Of a DNA stretch of 64,000 nt, positions 60,311 through 64,000 are shown piece by piece. The stretch spans positions 124,001 through 188,000 of the forward strand of contig CDROCS010002161.1 in assembly GCA_977020255.1 (NCBI GenBank), read 5' to 3'. The notes below the pieces were generated by a model that saw nothing but the letters and a program-made list of their open reading frames with translations, was not told the DNA's origin and did no database searches. Each line of letters begins with the position of its first letter. Position 1 is the stretch's first letter. The DNA comes from Obrimoposthia wandeli (lineage: Eukaryota). The translations under genes were made by a program, and so were the position numbers.

Positions 60311-61540
60311 CTATGGCGCTAAATGCGCTTTTACTTTCTCGATCTTTGCTGGATCAGGTCGAATACCTTCTTTCGATACTATATGTCCTAAAAATGTTAC
60401 TCGCTCTTTAGCCCATTCGCATTTTGTAGGTTTAACTTTTAATTTAGCGTTTTCCAGTCTTTTAAATACAACTTCAAGATTTTTTAAATGTTCTTCGAAC
60501 GTCTTCGAAAATATTATTATGTCATCGATATAAACCATCGTGTTTGCACACGATGCGAGTACAAAATTCATGCAACGCTGAAATGTTGCTGGTGCTCCTG
60601 TCAGTCCGAATGGCATTTTTTCGCATTCGTATAGTCAATCTCCGCAGGAAAAGGCTGTTTTGTGTTTATCCTCTTCCTCTATCTCGATTTGCCAGTATCC
60701 ACTCTGCAAATCCAATGTCGTGAAATAATCTGAATTACCTAATTTATCAAGCATCTCTTCAATTCTAGGTAATGGATACACATCTTTTCTTGTGATCTTG
60801 TTCAGTTCTCTGAAATCTATACAGAATCTTATTTTTACATCCTTCTTTTTAACCAACACCATAGGTGCTGAGAATGGTGAAAAATTCGGTCTAATTACTC
60901 CTGTTTTAGACATATCTTCAATCTGACTTTTTACTTCATCTTGTAACTGTAATGGTACTCGATATGGTCTTCTTCTGACTACTTTGTCTTCTGTCAGCGG
61001 TATTGTGTGTTTTATGACAGGTGTTTCTCCTATGTCATATGGATTTTTTGCAATTACTTTTGGAAATTTATGTATTAGATCAAGTAATTGTTTCTTTTCT
61101 CTAGTTGTCAGTCTTTCTGATTGGATTACTATTTCTTCGTAATCATTCGTGTCTTTATCGAGTTTCATAGCACACACAGTGGGATTCTCCATCTGTGCTA
61201 TCTTTCCCAACCTCATTCCTCTGTATAACAGGACGTCGTTGTTGGTTGTATTCATCAGTCTAACTGGTATTTTGTGGTTTTCAATCAGATATACTGTACT
61301 CACAATTGGTAATTCATATTTTTCTATGAAATCCCGTGATGGTTCGAACACAACTGGTCCTTTATCTTCTGATAATGTGTGGCCTTGAATAAGAAATTGT
61401 GATCTTTTACCGATTTTTATAGGATTTTCTATAATTACATCAATTTGATTTATCTGTCTGTTTGACGTACTATCTTTCAATCTTGGATCTTGTAAATCGA
61501 TACTTATCACTTTGAGTTGTGATAGTACATCCATTCCCAA
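60311..61540 (-). pseudogene. Reverse transcriptase of the Ty3/gypsy pol (one in-frame TGA)
   Basis: RRRPYRVP, FCIDFRELN, YPLPRI, LDLQSGYWQI, TAF...MPFGL, YIDDII. TGA at 60635-37. Confidence 0.95.
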
Positions 61541-61623
61541 ATTGTAGGTTCAGGACATTCTTTCATGATTCTAACTGGTATAGTGATCGTATTACGTCCA
61601 ATTATAAATGTACATGGTAATAT

Positions 61624-62330
61624 TCACGTCACTTTTACAGGGTCTCCGTTGACCGATACCAAGAATTCATCTGGTTCTGCCATTGTTCGTTTCTGTTCCT
61701 CTGTCAAACAATCTTCACTTACTATCGAAGCTACAGCACCTGTATCAATTAAGGCTTTTACTCTTAAATTATTTACTCTAATGATAGCTGCTGGTCGCTG
61801 TGCTCCATTTATATTTCCCATATGGTATATTGTATTTATTGAGTTATTAAATTCTGTCTGTCCACTTCCTTTGTTTGGATAGTGAAATCTAATATTTCTC
61901 ACTTTTCGATCTATTATCCTTCTACAAATCGGACATGATACCATTTCCTTCGCACATCTCCGACATGTTCTCACATGTCCGCATGGTAAAAAGGCAACTT
62001 CTATTTTGTTGACCATGCAAACTGCGCATTCCGGATCTTCTAGTACGTATTCTAGTTCGTTTATGTACTCTTTCTCTTTTGTTTCAATTGTACTGTCATC
62101 TTTATCTTTTAGTAATTCAAAAATTGATCCGTATCCGTTTCGCGTAGTTTTTATTTTTAATTCTACCAAATCTATGATTCTTTCTGCTTCTTTTGGATAT
62201 AGTCTTCTCACGAATGACACTACCGGTGTGTCTTGTTGAGCCAAAATCTCTTTCCGTGTGATTTGGTATTCGATTATACATTCGGTTTTTTCTGTTCTTT
62301 TTGCTTTATTTTGTTTTTAAAAATACAAAA
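61624..62330 (-). CDS. IAP-type RING finger directly followed by retropepsin protease
   Basis: CAVCMVNKIEVAFLPCGHVRTCRRCAKEMVSCPICR (C3HC4, IAP/MDM2 type), then VKALIDTGAVASIV. Frame open upstream to ~62330. Confidence 0.9.
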
Positions 62331-63163
62331 TTCGCAAAATTCATGATGTAAAGTTTTCTTAGGCAACTCGAGAGTATATCTGTCTTTGATTCGTTCTTTT
62401 TTACACTTGTGGCATTTAATCACGTCTTTACCATCCTTTTTATAGCAAAAAGTCCCTTTTTTGCCAATTTTTTAAGTCTTGGATCTTTGAAAGTTACTTC
62501 TCGATATTGTTCGTCACATTCGTTTACTTCTCGCATTACTTCGAATATGTCCTCAATTTGACTGTTTGTTATCACTCTGCCTACTATTAAAGCTGATTCT
62601 CCTTCTGGAATCTCATCACTGTTATCGAAATCGGGTGCTTTCCCCCTTTGAATTTCTGGTACGTTTGAAGTTTTCAGTTTCAAAAGGAATGGACAATTTG
62701 GTGCATCTCTTTTATGACGTTTCATTGGGTTTTCATTGTTTTCCCAATTTCTAAATTTTACTCTACACCATACGCATCGTACTACTCTCTCAGAACCATA
62801 ACTATTTGTCGTGTCTAACATTTGCAACCCTGTTCTCGCCATTTTACGTGACATTTCTTTTGAATAGTACGGTTCTAGTGATCTTCGTCTATTTCTCTCG
62901 AATCTAAGAGGATCTCTTTCTAATAGATTCACATATGTTATTTTCCTCCTCGTCGTAGTTTGTAGTTCGTCGTCTACTCCTTTGTAGTGAAGTATCGACT
63001 TTACTAGCACTTCCTGTTTCCTGTTTTGGTACGGATTTCCCATACGGAACATAGTGTATTTTTCCTTTTCAACTATAGGTCCTCTCAACATTTTTATCTC
63101 TCTCACTGAACTGTCGTTCTTAAAACTCTTGTTGTTTGGTAATATTATTATTCCTTCAAACAT
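62330..63163 (-). CDS. BIR domain(s) of an IAP module in the retroelement polyprotein
   Basis: BIR1 has the exact C-x2-C-x16-H-x6-C spacing (CVWC...H-KRDAPN-CPFL). A second, degenerate BIR (LAKKGLF..[fs]..DVIKCHKC...HHEFCEF) spans a frameshift at ~62435. Confidence 0.85.
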
Positions 63164-63231
63164 TCGTATTACTCCATTCCAATCATGACTGGACTACCAC
63201 AATCTGTGAATATTCTAGCATTTAACTGCAA

Positions 63232-64000
63232 TGTATTATTCAACTTTACAATACCTCGTTTATACTATTATATATAGTTGAGTTATTACATTAGTTATGT
63301 TAGCCTCTGATACGTGTACTATTAACAGAGTAGAACTCACTGAGGGTTATAGGCTAAATAATGACACTAACTATACACTAAAATGTGAAATATACAAGTA
63401 TAAAAGTGGGAAATTAATAATTTGTTATTGTACTGTGCATCGACACTGTCGATTGGGTCGGACCGATGCTAAGATAGTCATCAGTGAAAATTTACTAAAA
63501 ATGTAATAGATACGATGATGAGATATTTGGTCTAAATAATTGAATGCTCACTTCAAACTAAGGTATTAGTAACGAATGAAAATTACACATAAATATTTGA
63601 ATTTGGTTTAAAAAACAAAAAAATTGCATAAATTTTGTCAAGGAACTTTTGAAAACTATTCTTTCTTAGAAGAAAAAAGATTCACAGAGTCTTAAAAATT
63701 CGTTCAAAGCATAATGTAGTTTTATTCCAGAAAGATTCAGCAGATGAAATGTATATTCGAAATTACTCAGATAGTTAGCTTTAAACGTTGCCCCAAGAAA
63801 TTTTATTATTTAAACAATGACAACGAAAAATGATTGTTATTTCCCAATCCAATTTCATTTCCATTTTGCCATATATTTCTATTGACTAAGTCAAGAAATA
63901 GACTTTTATGACATTTGTTTATGTAGTATTCACTAGACACGTGTGTATTTCATGTAATGGCGTACCGAAGGCATATTGGATTCGGAAGATGGCTTCAAAT
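63232..64000 (+). repeat. Third partial copy of the duplicated segment
   Basis: Matches 32156-~33215 and 41212-~42260, with an internal deletion of ~290 bp. Confidence 0.9.

Larger units (their letters stand above)
49665..63230 (-). mobile_element. Giant cargo-laden Ty3/gypsy LTR retroelement, 5'-truncated in this window
   Basis: PR-RT-RH-IN order defines Ty3/gypsy. Extra domains as listed. Cut at ~63231 by a third copy of the dispersed repeat. Left boundary depends on the LTR hypothesis. Confidence 0.8.

Noticed and set aside
60635-61626. TGA recoded as Gly (two in-frame TGA codons at expected Gly positions in pol)
   Set aside because: The same pol also has TAG and TAA stops and frameshifts, and GGA codons are used normally; random decay explains it.
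53432-62754. Plus-strand ORFs overlapping the retroelement (e.g. 55031, 56699, 57986, 61565), and the 52247-52924 minus ORF overlapping the RING genes
   Set aside because: Antisense or alternate-frame shadows of strongly coding frames, with no motifs.

Overview
AT-rich eukaryotic genomic DNA, most likely an invertebrate animal (GT-AG introns, CEP135-like exons). The first 7 kb holds host exons: CEP135-like coiled coil, an orphan Q/N/H-rich gene and an intronless NDR/LATS-type kinase lacking the catalytic Asp. The rest is mostly nested mobile DNA: mariner, hAT and Ty3/gypsy relics, a clean hAT MITE, a ~6 kb near-tandem duplication, and several pieces of one Polinton/Maverick family (pPolB relics, three AGTAGG termini, DEDD-like ORF, penton, integrase, core-like proteins, ATPase). 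The most unusual part is a large minus-strand Ty3/gypsy-type LTR retroelement (~49.7-63.2 kb) abutting the Polinton ATPase. Its pol carries BIR-BIR-RING (a complete IAP) in front of the protease. Behind the integrase come three copies of an unassigned beta-rich domain, an intact dual-specificity phosphatase and a pseudophosphatase, then membrane-protein ORFs. Three RING-H2 genes sit in what may be a 3.4 kb LTR; one has a -1 slippery site leading to a SUMO-interacting motif. This copy is disrupted by stops and frameshifts and its 5' end (gag, 5' LTR) is not in the window. All assignments come from motif recognition by eye; no database searches were run.
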